DNA of 64,000 nucleotides from Chloroflexota bacterium (GCA_005882775.1 VBDY01000122.1:9317-73316); one strand, 5' to 3'; shown: positions 44,579-54,908, counted from the stretch's first letter. A program made the numbers and translations. The notes: generated by a model from the sequence alone, not told the origin.

Positions 44579-45715
44579 ATGCCCCTGACCAAGGCGGGCC
44601 TTGAAGATGTGATCGCGGCCAACTCGGCCATCTGCGACATCATCGGCCCCGAGGGCAAGCTCACATATCGCGGTATCGACATCCACGACCTGGCCAGGCA
44701 CTCCTCGTTCGAGGAGACCACCTACCTGCTCTGGTTTGGCCATCTGCCATCGCAAGAGGCGCTTCGGCAGTTGTCTTCGGACCTGGCGGCCCATCGGGCC
44801 CTACCCCGCGAGGTTCTCGAGCTGATGCGGCAGTTTCCCCGGGGGGCGACTCCGATGGATTCTCTTCGGACGGCGGTGTCCGCCCTTGCCTTTTACGACC
44901 CTCAAGCGCACGACGCCTCCAACGACGCGAACGTACAGAAGGCGATCCGGGTCACCGCCCAGACCGCCACCATCGTGGCGGCGTTGGAACAGCTCCGCCG
45001 CGGACGCCAGCCGGTGGAGCCGAGTGCCCGGGGCAGCCACGCGGAAAACTTCCTGCGGATGCTATTCGCCGCCGAGCCAGAGCCGATCCAGGTGCGCGCC
45101 ATGGACCTGGCCCTGATCCTGCACGCCGACCACGAGCTGAACGCCTCGACATTCGCGGCGCGCGTCACCGCAGCCACCCTGGCGGACATGTATTCGGCGG
45201 TGGTCTCCGCCATCGGAGCCCTGGCTGGCCCCCTCCACGGCGGCGCCAACGAGCAGGTGATGAAGATGCTGCAGAAGATCGGCGAGCCGGCCCGGGTCGA
45301 GGCCTTCGTCACCGAGACGCTCCAGGCACACAAGAAGGTCTCCGGTTTTGGCCACCGCGTGTATCGGACGGAGGATCCGCGCGCCACTCACCTGCGGCAG
45401 ATGTCACGGGAGCTTGGTGAGAAAGCTGGCAACCTGCGCTGGTATGAGATCTCACGCAAGCTCGAAGAGGTGGTCATGGCGCAGAAGCACCTGTATGCCA
45501 ATGTCGACTTCTATTCCGCTTCGACCTACTTCATGATGGGCATCCCGACCGACCTCTTCACGCCCGTCTTCGCGGTCAGCCGGGTGTCGGGCTGGACCGC
45601 GCACATCCTCGAGCAGTACGCGGACAACCGGCTGATCCGTCCGCGTGCCGAGTACATCGGGGAGAAGAACGTCCCCTACGTGCCCATCGACCAGCGGGTC
45701 AAGGCTGCCAGCTAG
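44579..45715 (+). CDS. Citrate synthase / 2-methylcitrate synthase (short, type I-like)
   Basis: GFGHRVY motif, 378 aa. Confidence 0.85.
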   Translation: MPLTKAGLEDVIAANSAICDIIGPEGKLTYRGIDIHDLARHSSFEETTYLLWFGHLPSQEALRQLSSDLAAHRALPREVLELMRQFPRGATPMDSLRTAVSALAFYDPQAHDASNDANVQKAIRVTAQTATIVAALEQLRRGRQPVEPSARGSHAENFLRMLFAAEPEPIQVRAMDLALILHADHELNASTFAARVTAATLADMYSAVVSAIGALAGPLHGGANEQVMKMLQKIGEPARVEAFVTETLQAHKKVSGFGHRVYRTEDPRATHLRQMSRELGEKAGNLRWYEISRKLEEVVMAQKHLYANVDFYSASTYFMMGIPTDLFTPVFAVSRVSGWTAHILEQYADNRLIRPRAEYIGEKNVPYVPIDQRVKAAS

Positions 45716-45739
45716 CCCGCCCACCTTCCGTTATATTAT

Positions 45740-46318
45740 TTGCGCTCGGCTGAGGCCGGGCCAGGAGTCGCAAGGAGGTCGTTCAAGCTCGTCCTACTGC
45801 TAAACGCTTCACTTCAGCCGCTGAACGTAATCAGTAAGCGGCGGCTGGTCGTCCTGCTGACCAAGCAGCGCGTCACCTTCATAGACGACGCCGCTCGGCA
45901 GGCTGTCGAGCTGGCTATCGAACGCCGTTGCTTTGGTGAGGATGTCGTTATCGTCCGGCTCCTCGCCAACATCCAGATCCCCCGCCGGATGTTGCGCGCC
46001 AACCGGCGTAACCTTCTCCTCCGCGACGATGGCATGTGTCAGTACTGCGGGAAGTCCATGCCCTCTTCCCACCTGTCGGTCGACCACGTTGTCCCGACCT
46101 CACGTGGCGGCTCGGCGAGGAGCTGGGAAAACCAGGTGATTGCCTGCCGCCGCTGTAACGGACGCAAGGGCAACCGGTTGCTGAGCGAGGCGGGGATGCG
46201 GCTGGTGCGTCCTCCACGGGCGCTCACCCAGGAGTACGCGCATCTGATCTTCCTGCGCTACCCGCAGCTAAAACACGCCTACGACCGGCTGCTCACCAGC
46301 GCCCGCGCCCTGGCCTGA
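45740..46318 (+). CDS. HNH endonuclease (standalone)
   Basis: CQYCG...DHVVP...N...CRRCN is an HNH ββα-metal motif with a zinc knuckle. Confidence 0.75.
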   Translation: MRSAEAGPGVARRSFKLVLLLNASLQPLNVISKRRLVVLLTKQRVTFIDDAARQAVELAIERRCFGEDVVIVRLLANIQIPRRMLRANRRNLLLRDDGMCQYCGKSMPSSHLSVDHVVPTSRGGSARSWENQVIACRRCNGRKGNRLLSEAGMRLVRPPRALTQEYAHLIFLRYPQLKHAYDRLLTSARALA

Positions 46319-46360
46319 TCCAGGCCCGAAAGTTCCCGCCGTCCCGCCGGTTATGACGAT

Positions 46361-47134
46361 GTGTCGGTGCGGCTGCTCGGGGTCTTCGCGCATCCGGACG
46401 ACCAGGCCCTGCTTTGTGGCGGCACCCTTGCCCGCTATGCAGACGGCGGCGCAGACATCGTCACCGTCTGCCTGGCAGGTGCAGGAGCAGATCGGGGAAG
46501 CACCATCGCCAGCGCCCACCGTCTGGGAATCCGTGACGTGATCGTCACGGACTACGCGAGCGGTGAGCTGCCGGAGCGTGGGACCGAGCTCGATGCGATC
46601 TGCATCGACCTGCTCCGCTCTCTTCAGCCGGATGTGGTAATCACGTTCGGGCCGGATGGGATGAACCGGGAGCAGGACCACCTGGCAGTCCACGCCAGCA
46701 TGGCACGCGCCTTTTTTTCGCTAGACCGAGGACGCCGCTCGACTAGTCCCCTGACCAAGCTCTACTACGGGGCCTGGCCGCAGCAGCATCTGCGACGTGC
46801 GCTCGGTGCTTTGCGCGCTCGCGGAGTGAGCACCGATTTCGTTCCCGACCTCGAGCGCTGGGGCACGCCCGACAGCTCGGTCACGACCATCATCGACGTC
46901 GGAGGTCAGCTCGACCGCAAGCTGGCGGCCATCCTGGACCAGTCTCCGCCGTCCTCCCCGTCCCCGTTCCGGAATCTCTCGGGGGACATGCTGGCCGACC
47001 TCTGGGGTCACGAGTTCTACCGGCGGGCGTACCCGGATCCTTGGGTGACCGGGGTGATCGAGCGTGACCTGCTCCGGGGCCTGGCCACCCGGCCGCTCGG
47101 CGCGTCGGCGCAGGATACCGCGAAGGCGTCCTGA
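46361..47134 (+). CDS. PIG-L/LmbE-family N-acetylglucosaminyl deacetylase (MshB/Mca/BshB-like)
   Basis: VFAHPDDQ motif, with HxxH contexts. Confidence 0.8.
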   Translation: MSVRLLGVFAHPDDQALLCGGTLARYADGGADIVTVCLAGAGADRGSTIASAHRLGIRDVIVTDYASGELPERGTELDAICIDLLRSLQPDVVITFGPDGMNREQDHLAVHASMARAFFSLDRGRRSTSPLTKLYYGAWPQQHLRRALGALRARGVSTDFVPDLERWGTPDSSVTTIIDVGGQLDRKLAAILDQSPPSSPSPFRNLSGDMLADLWGHEFYRRAYPDPWVTGVIERDLLRGLATRPLGASAQDTAKAS

Positions 47135-47180
47135 AGCCGCCATTGCCGCGCCGGGGCATCCAACTTTCCTGATAGTGTCA

Positions 47181-47210
47181 TTGACATATTTACCCGAAAC
47201 CGGGTACAAC
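47181..47210 (+). promoter_or_regulatory. Putative sigma-70 promoter (TTGACA-17-GTACAA) in an AT-rich patch upstream of the GlsB-like gene
   Basis: ttgacatatttacccgaaaccgggtacaac. Local AT enrichment is unusual for this genome. Confidence 0.35.
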
Positions 47211-47244
47211 TAGGTTGAAGTCTTTCAACCATGGGAGGAGTCAT

Positions 47245-47502
47245 ATGGATCTCATCGTCTTTCTGATCATTGGCGGTCTGGCCGGGGCCGTGGCCGGGCG
47301 GGTCGTCAGTGGGCACGGATACGGAATTTTGATGGATATCGTGGTGGGCGTCATCGGGGCATTCATCGGAGGCTGGATCTTCTCGCGGTTGCTGAACCTG
47401 ACCGGCGGCGGGCTCATCATCAGCTTCCTGGCGGCTCTTGTCGGGGCCGTCATCCTGCTTTGGGTTATCCGGTTGGTATCCGGGGGTTCGGCCAGGGTTT
47501 AG
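47245..47502 (+). CDS. GlsB/YeaQ/YmgE-family small stress membrane protein
   Basis: GGGAGGAG SD. MDLIVFLIIGGLAGAVAG...GVIGAFIGGWI is the glycine-zipper TM pattern. Confidence 0.75.
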   Translation: MDLIVFLIIGGLAGAVAGRVVSGHGYGILMDIVVGVIGAFIGGWIFSRLLNLTGGGLIISFLAALVGAVILLWVIRLVSGGSARV

Positions 47503-47520
47503 CCATTACCTCCTTCGCTG

Positions 47521-47558
47521 AAAAGGCGGGTGCACGACAGCGCCCGCCTTTCTTTTTG
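47521..47558 (+). terminator. Rho-independent terminator after the GlsB-like gene
   Basis: aaaaGGCGGGtgcacgacagcgCCCGCCtttctttttg. Confidence 0.5.
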
Positions 47559-47570
47559 ATCGGACTGCTG

Positions 47571-48215
47571 GTGGTCGTGCTACTCGCCGGGGCGGCCTAT
47601 GCGGCCTATGCGGGGGCCTCGCTGTACGTTCACCTGCACCATGGGGGAGACGGCCTGGTCAGCGCCCAGGCCAAGCTCTCCGCCGGGCTGCGGTCGGGCA
47701 CGCCGGAAGCGATTCGGGGCGCCCAGTCCGACCTGGCCGGAGCCGGTCATGACTTCTCAGCGGCGTACGGCAGCGCTCGCGACGACCCGGCGTTCAGGCT
47801 GCTGGGCGGCTTGCCCGCCACAGGCGGGCAGGTGGAGGCCAGCCTGCACCTGGCAGCCATCGGAGAGGACCTCACCCGGGCGGGGCAGGCGGTCGCCCAG
47901 ATCAGTCTCGAGATCGTAAACCTCAGGCAGGCCTACGCAGGCCGCAGCCTCACGCCCGAGGACCTGCAGGCCCTGCTCCAAAAAGCGGAGGAGCTCACCC
48001 GCCTTTACGGTGCGTCAGCCCGCCTCATAGGTGATGACCTGCGAGCTGCTCACCAGGAGCGCAGCCAGGTGGTGACGGCCAACCTGGTGCCGCCGCTCAA
48101 AAGCGCCTACTACAGAGTTGATGAGGCGCTCAGCCGGGCGGACCAGGCCTTCGTGCGGTTCCAGGACGTGCGGCTGCTGCTCTCTCAATTGCTGGGGGTG
48201 TCGATTCCCGGCTGA
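47571..48215 (+). CDS. Hypothetical exported/anchored protein
   Basis: The ORF-track start at 47460 runs through the terminator above, so the start was moved to the GTG after it. Signal-like N-terminus. Confidence 0.35.
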   Translation: MVVLLAGAAYAAYAGASLYVHLHHGGDGLVSAQAKLSAGLRSGTPEAIRGAQSDLAGAGHDFSAAYGSARDDPAFRLLGGLPATGGQVEASLHLAAIGEDLTRAGQAVAQISLEIVNLRQAYAGRSLTPEDLQALLQKAEELTRLYGASARLIGDDLRAAHQERSQVVTANLVPPLKSAYYRVDEALSRADQAFVRFQDVRLLLSQLLGVSIPG

Positions 48216-48321
48216 GGGGCGGGTTTAGCGGGCCCGCGTCCAAAAACTCGTTGTGCCCGTGGCAATGGCGCGACCGATCTGTAACGCAACCTGTCACAGT
48301 GCTCTCAGATAATTCTCGGCG

Positions 48322-49578
48322 ATGGCCGCTGCCCGAAATGCCCTGCGCAACGCCCGGCGTCGCACCCAGGACCCAGCAGAAAGCCTGATCAACCTCGGCA
48401 ACGAGCGGCTCACCGGCCTTTTCCGCTGGACCCTGCTGATCTTTGCGGTCATCCTCAACAACCTGAATGCCGCCCCCGGCTACGATCAGGGACAGGTCAA
48501 CGCCATCCTGGCCGCCTGGGGCGTGGTCTGTCTGTCCACCCTGCTCCTGCTCTTCCTCCACCGCACGCCCGGGCGCGCCTTCAGCTACACGACCACCGGC
48601 GTGGACATGCTGGTCGCCACCATGATCACCTACGCCTCGGGCGGATACACCAGCCCGCTGGCAAGCCTGTTCTTCCTGGTGATCACCGTGTCGGCGCTGA
48701 GGTTCGGGGCCGCGGGGTCGATCCTCACCGCGGCCATCGTCGCCATCCTCTACCTGACCGCGGGTGCGGTAGCACCTCTGCAGGCCGGGACCTATATCGC
48801 CACCTTCGGCCTCGACCGGGTCACCATCCTGCAGCGTCTGTTCCTGTTCGTGGTGGTCGCCGTGCTCGGATCGGTGATGGCCAAAGCGGTCTCCGCGCAC
48901 CAGGAGCTGATCACCCGGCGTGACCTCGAGGCCAAGCTGATGACCGAGGTCAACATGGCCCTGGCCAATGCCATCGAGGCCAAGGACTCCTACACCCGCG
49001 GCCACTCCGAGCGGCTGGCCAAGCTTGCCGGCGCCTGCGCCGAGCGGATGGGGCTCTCCCGGGACGAGGTTAGCGCGGTCCGGCTCGGCGCCATTCTCCA
49101 CGACGTGGGAAAGATCGGGATCCCCGACCGTATCCTGCGTCAGTCGATGGCGCTCACCGAGGACGAGATGGCGTGGATGCGGCGGCATCCGCAAATCGGT
49201 GCCGACATCATCGGGCCGGTCGAGGGTTTGCATCACGTCGCGCCTCTCATCCGCCATCACCACGAGAAATGGGATGGTACCGGCTATCCGAGCGGTTTGA
49301 AATCGGAAGAGATTCCGCTGGGCTCGCGCATCATCTCGGTGGCCGACGCCTTCGAAGCCATGGTCGCCGACCGAATCTATCGTCCCTCCCTGGGCTTGAA
49401 CAAGGCACTCGACGAGCTTCGCACGGGCCGGGGGAGCCACTTCGATCCGAAGGTCGTCGACGCATTCCTGGACCTGATCGCGACGGACACGGTCCACCTC
49501 CCGCTGCCCACCAAGGAACAGGGTCAGCGGCCGTTGCCGGCCCGCCCGGACGAAGCCCCGGCACAGACAGCGGCTTAA
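48322..49578 (+). CDS. HD-GYP c-di-GMP phosphodiesterase with N-terminal polytopic membrane sensor
   Basis: HD..H and HHEKWDGTGYP motifs, with 6-7 TM helices at the N-terminus. Confidence 0.85.
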   Translation: MAAARNALRNARRRTQDPAESLINLGNERLTGLFRWTLLIFAVILNNLNAAPGYDQGQVNAILAAWGVVCLSTLLLLFLHRTPGRAFSYTTTGVDMLVATMITYASGGYTSPLASLFFLVITVSALRFGAAGSILTAAIVAILYLTAGAVAPLQAGTYIATFGLDRVTILQRLFLFVVVAVLGSVMAKAVSAHQELITRRDLEAKLMTEVNMALANAIEAKDSYTRGHSERLAKLAGACAERMGLSRDEVSAVRLGAILHDVGKIGIPDRILRQSMALTEDEMAWMRRHPQIGADIIGPVEGLHHVAPLIRHHHEKWDGTGYPSGLKSEEIPLGSRIISVADAFEAMVADRIYRPSLGLNKALDELRTGRGSHFDPKVVDAFLDLIATDTVHLPLPTKEQGQRPLPARPDEAPAQTAA

Positions 49579-49618
49579 TCGCGGCCTCACTGGGGCGCCC
49601 GGCTCAAAGGGAACGCTA

Positions 49619-50593
49619 GTGTTACTCCGCATGGAAGTGGCGAGCGGGGTGATCCGAATACAGCTCCCGATGCCCTTCGAGCTCAAGCACGTCAACGTCT
49701 ACCTGCTTCGCGACGGAGACGGCTACACGCTGGTGGACACCGGCCTTCAGACCGAAGAGTCGCGACAGGCACTGACCCGCGGGCTGGACGAGGTCGGCGT
49801 CCCCCTCAAGCGGATCACCCGCATCCTGATCACCCACATCCACCCGGACCACTTCGGCCTGGCGGGCGAGCTTCGGGAGCGCTCTGGGGCTGAGCTGGTG
49901 ATCCATCGCCTGGAGGTCGCGCTGATGGAGCCGCGCTATGCGGGGGCGGAAGACCTTGTCCAGGATGTCGCCCGCTGGCTTCACGTCAACGGGGTTCCAG
50001 AGGCGGAGGCGGAGTTTCTCAAGTCAGCCTCGATGGCAGCCAGGGAATTCGTGTCGGTGGTAGAGCCCGATTCGCTCCTGGAGGGCGCCGAACGCCTGGC
50101 CCTGGATGGCGAGGACATCCAGGTGGTCTGGACGCCCGGCCACTCACCGGGCCACTGCTGCTTCTTTCTGCCCTCGCGCAGGCTGCTCCTCTCTGGCGAT
50201 CATCTCCTCCCGAAGATCAGCCCGAATATCGGCCTGCACCCGCAGTCGAGCGCCGATCCGCTGGGCGACTACCTCCTATCGCTCGATCGGGTGGCGCGGC
50301 TGGACGTCGACCTGGTACTGCCCGCCCACGGTGACCCATTCAGTGACCACACCGGTCGGATTGCGGTCATCAAGAAGCATCACGAGGAGCGCAAGCTGAC
50401 CCTCCTGGGGCTGGCGACTTCTCCGCAAACCGGTTGGGAGCTGGCATCGAAGCTGTTTCACGGCATCATGGAGCGCAATGTCTTCCAGCAACGCCTCGCC
50501 CTGCAGGAGACACTGGCTCATTGCCAGTCTCTTGCCGATGACGGCCGGATGCAGAAGCGTTTTACGCGGGACCGGGTGCGCTGGCAGGCCTGA
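49619..50593 (+). CDS. MBL-fold metallo-hydrolase
   Basis: ITHIHPDH (HxHxDH) motif. Confidence 0.75.
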   Translation: MLLRMEVASGVIRIQLPMPFELKHVNVYLLRDGDGYTLVDTGLQTEESRQALTRGLDEVGVPLKRITRILITHIHPDHFGLAGELRERSGAELVIHRLEVALMEPRYAGAEDLVQDVARWLHVNGVPEAEAEFLKSASMAAREFVSVVEPDSLLEGAERLALDGEDIQVVWTPGHSPGHCCFFLPSRRLLLSGDHLLPKISPNIGLHPQSSADPLGDYLLSLDRVARLDVDLVLPAHGDPFSDHTGRIAVIKKHHEERKLTLLGLATSPQTGWELASKLFHGIMERNVFQQRLALQETLAHCQSLADDGRMQKRFTRDRVRWQA

Positions 50594-51377
50594 CCGCACG
50601 CTCGGCTTCGACCTCGAAGACGAAGCGGAGCACCCGATCAACAACCGCATCGAACTTCTCGGAGTGAACCTGGTGCGCCGCGCCGTCGAAAATTTCGATG
50701 GTGGAATGAGGAAGGATCCGGTGTAAGGCTTCGGCCTCCTTGACCGGCACCATCCGATCCTGGCTCCCGTGAACGATGAGCACCGGCGCGCCAACCGCCT
50801 TCAGGCGGTCGCAGGCATCGTGATTGCGGGCGGCCTGGTCCTGGCGCTGGACCGCGTGAAGGGGCATCTTGCCGAATCGTTTTGCGTCTTCGCTCACCCA
50901 GTCGGGGTGCCGGAGGATGAACTCCGGCGCATAGAGGCCGGCAAAGCGGCGGAGCGGATTGTTGGCGAGCGCGGGATTCGCCTGGTTTGGCGATCCGGTT
51001 TCGCTCGAACCCCGGCAATGGGTGGCGCCCAGGATCAAGCTGCGGACGGACTCAGGGTGGGCGAGGGCAAGTTCCTGCAGGATCATTCCGCCGAGCGAGA
51101 GACCAAACCAGTGTGCCGAGCGCTCGCCCGCGGCCTCGAGCACGGCCAGGGCGTCATCCGCCATCAGCCGGGTCGTGTATGGAGTGTCCGGTTTGTCGGA
51201 GGCTCCGGAACCGCGGTTGTCGATTGCGATCACGCGGAGCCGCTTGGCGAGGACCGGGATGTATCGCCACCAGGCTCCCTCGATGTCCGAGGTCTTTCCG
51301 CCGACCAGCACCAGAGGCGGACCATGGCCCTCGACCAGGTAGTGCAGCCTGGTGCCGTCGGGCGCGGTGGCGATCAC
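50562..51377 (-). CDS. Alpha/beta-hydrolase
   Basis: GLSLGG nucleophile elbow. Its 3' end overlaps the 3' end of the MBL gene convergently by 32 nt. Confidence 0.75.
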   Translation of the reverse strand: MIATAPDGTRLHYLVEGHGPPLVLVGGKTSDIEGAWWRYIPVLAKRLRVIAIDNRGSGASDKPDTPYTTRLMADDALAVLEAAGERSAHWFGLSLGGMILQELALAHPESVRSLILGATHCRGSSETGSPNQANPALANNPLRRFAGLYAPEFILRHPDWVSEDAKRFGKMPLHAVQRQDQAARNHDACDRLKAVGAPVLIVHGSQDRMVPVKEAEALHRILPHSTIEIFDGAAHQVHSEKFDAVVDRVLRFVFEVEAERAVRPASAPGPA

Positions 51378-51400
51378 CGGCGAGCGACTAGCATTGCTTC

Positions 51401-51712
51401 ATGGAGGGGCCGCCTGTGCAGCCCAGCAGCGTGCCCGATACGGCCTGGCGTGCGCTCCGCGAGTTGGATCCGCAGGTTGAGGAGATGGCCGACCTCGCCA
51501 GCTGCCTGGCGCTTGCCGAGCTCCGGTTTCGGATGTTGTTCGGTGACATCCTGCCGCGGTTCGGCGAGGCTGACTCAACCGACCTGGGGGGTGAGGCGGA
51601 TGTGCTCGCCGATGCCCACCACGCCCTGACCCTGTTGCAAGAGAGCCTGCACGTGAGCTCCAAGCGGATGCTCGACGTGCTGGATCGTGTCAGTCGTGAG
51701 CTCGGGGAGTAG
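51401..51712 (+). CDS. Hypothetical acidic helical protein
   Basis: 103-aa ORF, no family recognised; coding status uncertain. Confidence 0.3.
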   Translation: MEGPPVQPSSVPDTAWRALRELDPQVEEMADLASCLALAELRFRMLFGDILPRFGEADSTDLGGEADVLADAHHALTLLQESLHVSSKRMLDVLDRVSRELGE

Positions 51713-51718
51713 CCGGCC

Positions 51719-52036
51719 CTAGAGGCCCTGGCGGTCGAGCCGCTCCCAGGGTGGGTGCTCGCTTCCCAGCTCGCGCTTGATCTCGGTCGCGCGGTCCACA
51801 TTGTCGAGGCTGTCCTCAGCTGATTGTGGCGGCGTGACCTGCCAGGGGGCAGGTTCGTAATGCGAATGCTGTACCGGCGGGCGAAAACCCCAGGCCCGAT
51901 CTGGCATCACGCCGGCTCGCTGGCGTAGTTGCAGGGCGGGCTGATCTTCCTCGACGGTGACGAGCTCGCCACCCGCCCCGGTGCGTAGTGTCATTACCAG
52001 GCCGGCGGCGATGATGACCAGCACGTAGCCGCCCAT
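51719..52036 (-). CDS. Hypothetical membrane-anchored protein
   Basis: The start is chosen at MGGYVLVIIAAGLVM (the ORF is open to 52177). Confidence 0.25.
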   Translation of the reverse strand: MGGYVLVIIAAGLVMTLRTGAGGELVTVEEDQPALQLRQRAGVMPDRAWGFRPPVQHSHYEPAPWQVTPPQSAEDSLDNVDRATEIKRELGSEHPPWERLDRQGL

Positions 52037-52152
52037 GAAAATGACGGCGATGTCGACCAGGTTCACCGAGTGACCATTGTAGGGTGTCGAATTCGGGGCC
52101 GGCTGCTTGACGCCTACACTGGAGATGCGCGAACTCGCGCAGGAGGACGACG

Positions 52153-53229
52153 ATGGCCACAGCGACCGCGACCACACGCAGCCGGCTCGAGGAGATCCTC
52201 GGAGCCGATGCCAAGCCTCTTCTCGACCATGAGTGCAAGACGGTCCTCAAATCGCAGCTCCACCTGCCGGGGCCTACGTTCGTGGACCAGGTCTGGACGC
52301 TGAGCGACCGGCCAACCCGCGTCCTTCGCAGCATTCAGTCTCTGTTTGACAACGGCCGGCTCGCCGGAACCGGTTACCTGTCCATACTGCCGGTCGATCA
52401 GGGGATCGAGCATTCCGCCGGCGCATCCTTCGCGGCCAACCCGGAATACTTCGACGGCGAGAAGATCGTCGAGCTCGCCCTGGAGGGGGGTTGCAATGCG
52501 GTGGCATCAACCTTCGGAGTGCTCGGCTCGGTGGCGCGCAAATATGCGCATCGAATCCCATTCATCTGCAAGATAAACCACAACGAGCTCCTCACCTATC
52601 CCAACAAATACGACCAGATCATCTTCGGCACGGTGAAACAGGCCTGGGAGCTGGGCGCCGTCGCCCTGGGCGCCACCATCTACTTCGGCTCGGCCGAGTC
52701 CGACCGCCAGATCCAGGAGATCGCGGTTGCCTTCCAGGCGGCCCACGAGCTGGGCATGGCGACCGTGCTCTGGTGCTACCTGCGCAACTCCGCCTTCGTC
52801 AAGGACGGCGTCGACTACCACCTGGCCGCGGACCTGACCGGCCAGGCCAATCATCTGGGCGTGACCATCGAGGCCGACATCATCAAGCAGAAGCTGCCCG
52901 AGACCAACCGCGGCTTCGAGGCCTTGAAGTTCGGCAAGACCACCTCAAAGGTCTACGACAAGCTGTCCAGCGACAACCCGATCGACCTGACCCGCTACCA
53001 GGTGATCAATTGCTATCTCGGCCGCAGCGGCCTGATCAATTCCGGTGGTGCATCCTCGGGCGAAAGCGACCTGAAAGAGGCGGTCAAGACCGCCGTCATC
53101 AACAAGCGAGCGGGCGGTATGGGCCTGATCACCGGGCGCAAGGCCTTCATGCGGCCCATGCGTGACGGGGTTGCCATCCTGAACGCGGTGCAGGACGTCT
53201 ACCTGATGGACGAGGTCACGGTCGCCTAA
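52153..53229 (+). CDS. fbaB: Class I fructose-bisphosphate aldolase (DhnA/FbaB type)
   Basis: Near-collinear match to my memory of E. coli FbaB, e.g. [86 protein letters not shown] and [10 protein letters not shown]. Confidence 0.85.
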   Translation: MATATATTRSRLEEILGADAKPLLDHECKTVLKSQLHLPGPTFVDQVWTLSDRPTRVLRSIQSLFDNGRLAGTGYLSILPVDQGIEHSAGASFAANPEYFDGEKIVELALEGGCNAVASTFGVLGSVARKYAHRIPFICKINHNELLTYPNKYDQIIFGTVKQAWELGAVALGATIYFGSAESDRQIQEIAVAFQAAHELGMATVLWCYLRNSAFVKDGVDYHLAADLTGQANHLGVTIEADIIKQKLPETNRGFEALKFGKTTSKVYDKLSSDNPIDLTRYQVINCYLGRSGLINSGGASSGESDLKEAVKTAVINKRAGGMGLITGRKAFMRPMRDGVAILNAVQDVYLMDEVTVA

Positions 53230-53312
53230 ACTTCGCGACACGACCGCTATCACGCAATCCGCACCTGAGGCTGCCTGATCACGTGCCGGAGCCGTGAGAA
53301 TATTCGAAGCCG

Positions 53313-54431
53313 ATGGCTCTGGCGGCTCGCCTCGATGCGTTCCGGCGCCGCTGCGATGAGCTGACCAGCCTGCATGCGGGCTATCCCTACAACCTGGCCT
53401 ACGACTACACGCCTCTGCTGCCCTTCTTCCAGTACACCATCAACAACCTCGGCGATCCCTACGTCAACGGCAACTACGGCATCCATTCGCGCGAGTTCGA
53501 GCGCGAATGCCTGGCCTGGTTTGCCCGGCTCTACGGCCTGGAAGACCACTGGGGTTACGTCACCAGTTGCGGAACCGAAGGCAACCTGTACGGCATCTTC
53601 CTCGGCCGCGAGCGGTATCCGGACGCTGCCCTCTACTTCTCAAGGGATACGCACTACTCGGTCCACAAGGCCGCCCGGCTCCTCCAGATCGCGCCCGTGG
53701 CGATCGATTCGCAGTCGAATGGCGAGATCGACTACGCGGACCTGGAGGCGCAGGTGGCGCGGCGCGGAAGTCGTCCCGCCATCGTGAACGTCAATCTCGG
53801 GACTACTCTGAAAGGCGCGGTCGATCGCATCGACCGGGTGGCGACCATCCTGGACGGGGTCGGCGTGCCCTTTCACCTCCACTGCGACGGGGCGCTCGGC
53901 GGGTTGCTACTTCCCTACATTCAGGGCTCGCCGGCAATCGACTTCACCAATTACCCGATCGGCAGCATCGCGGTCAGCGGCCACAAATTCATCGGATCGC
54001 CGATCCCGTGCGGGATCGTCCTGGCCAGGCGGGCACACGTCAAGCAGATCGAAACCGCGATCGAGTACATCGGCAGCACCGACACCACCATCATGGGCTC
54101 GCGCCAGGGCCTGGCCGCGCTCTTTCTCTGGTACGCGATTACCGATCGCGGTGATCGCTTCGCCGAGGAGGTGGCGACCTGCGTGGGAAATGCCGAGTAC
54201 CTGCGCGATGGGCTCGCCGAGCTGGGCCTGGACCCGCTGCTGAACGCCTGGTCCAACACGGTCGTCTTCCGCAAGCCGTCCGCCGACCTGTGCCGCACAT
54301 GGCAGCTGGCCACCCAGGGCGAGCTCGCTCATGTGGTGGTGATGCAGAACATCGGCAGGACCAAGATCGATTCGCTGCTCGAGGACCTATCCGGAGCCCG
54401 CGACCGCCAGCCCCGGGCCGCAGTCTCCTAG
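53313..54431 (+). CDS. PLP-dependent histidine-decarboxylase-family (group II) decarboxylase
   Basis: WGYVTSCGTEGNLYG, YFSRDTHYSVHKAARLL and the PLP-Lys context SGHKFIGSPIPCGIV match the bacterial Hdc family. The substrate is unknown. Confidence 0.8.
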   Translation: MALAARLDAFRRRCDELTSLHAGYPYNLAYDYTPLLPFFQYTINNLGDPYVNGNYGIHSREFERECLAWFARLYGLEDHWGYVTSCGTEGNLYGIFLGRERYPDAALYFSRDTHYSVHKAARLLQIAPVAIDSQSNGEIDYADLEAQVARRGSRPAIVNVNLGTTLKGAVDRIDRVATILDGVGVPFHLHCDGALGGLLLPYIQGSPAIDFTNYPIGSIAVSGHKFIGSPIPCGIVLARRAHVKQIETAIEYIGSTDTTIMGSRQGLAALFLWYAITDRGDRFAEEVATCVGNAEYLRDGLAELGLDPLLNAWSNTVVFRKPSADLCRTWQLATQGELAHVVVMQNIGRTKIDSLLEDLSGARDRQPRAAVS

Positions 54432-54435
54432 TACT

Positions 54436-54463
54436 GCCTCTTTTGCGCGCGTTACGGCGCGCG
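54436..54463. repeat. 28-nt GC-hairpin motif, copy 2
   Basis: gcctcttttgcgcgcgttacggcgcgcg, 21 nt before the ATG of the small ORF. A TAGAAT -10-like hexamer lies between. Confidence 0.6.
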
Positions 54464-54484
54464 GGGCCGGACTAGAATCGGCGC

Positions 54485-54667
54485 ATGCCGCGCCTTCGCG
54501 CTACCGACTCAGGACAGGTCTACAACATCGACCTCCCCGAGCTGAAGGTGACCCGCGACCAGGACGGGATCTATGTCCTCCATGGCCGTGGCCACTTCCA
54601 GGCCTTCGAGACGCGCGAGGAGGCCTTCGCCCGTAAGAAGGAAATCGACTACGCGACTTTTCGCTGA
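54485..54667 (+). CDS. Small conserved-looking hypothetical protein (60 aa)
   Basis: ATG start, charged composition, no family recognised. Confidence 0.5.
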   Translation: MPRLRATDSGQVYNIDLPELKVTRDQDGIYVLHGRGHFQAFETREEAFARKKEIDYATFR

Positions 54668-54671
54668 GTAG

Positions 54672-54908
54672 CTAGGGGTCGCCCATCCAGTCGGCAGCGT
54701 GGGGGAGGGGATGGTGGCCGTGGGTGGGCTGGAAACGCAGCACACGTTCGATATCTCGCTCTCGGTAAAGGCGCTCGCGGCGGATCCCCTGCCTGTAGCT
54801 CTTGAGGACCCCGCGGCTGACGTAGGCGTAGAGGGTGGCTGGCTTGACGCCGAGCATGGCGCAGGCCTCGGTTGAACTCAGATACGGCTCACCCTGTATT
54901 TGGATCAC
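54672..54908 (-). CDS. Small HTH DNA-binding protein (excisionase/MerR-AlpA-like HTH_17)
   Basis: LSSTEACAMLGVKPATLYAYVSRGVLKSYRQG. Divergent from the HMGL synthase gene. Confidence 0.7.
   Translation of the reverse strand: MIQIQGEPYLSSTEACAMLGVKPATLYAYVSRGVLKSYRQGIRRERLYRERDIERVLRFQPTHGHHPLPHAADWMGDP

Noticed and set aside
54436-54484. Interpreting the GC hairpin plus TAGAAT as a complete promoter with the hairpin as -35
   Set aside because: No TTGACA-like hexamer sits at the right spacing in either copy. Copy 1 has a CATAAT 9 nt before the PHP ATG, but its spacing to the hairpin differs from copy 2. The motif is therefore reported as a repeat or regulatory candidate, not as a promoter.
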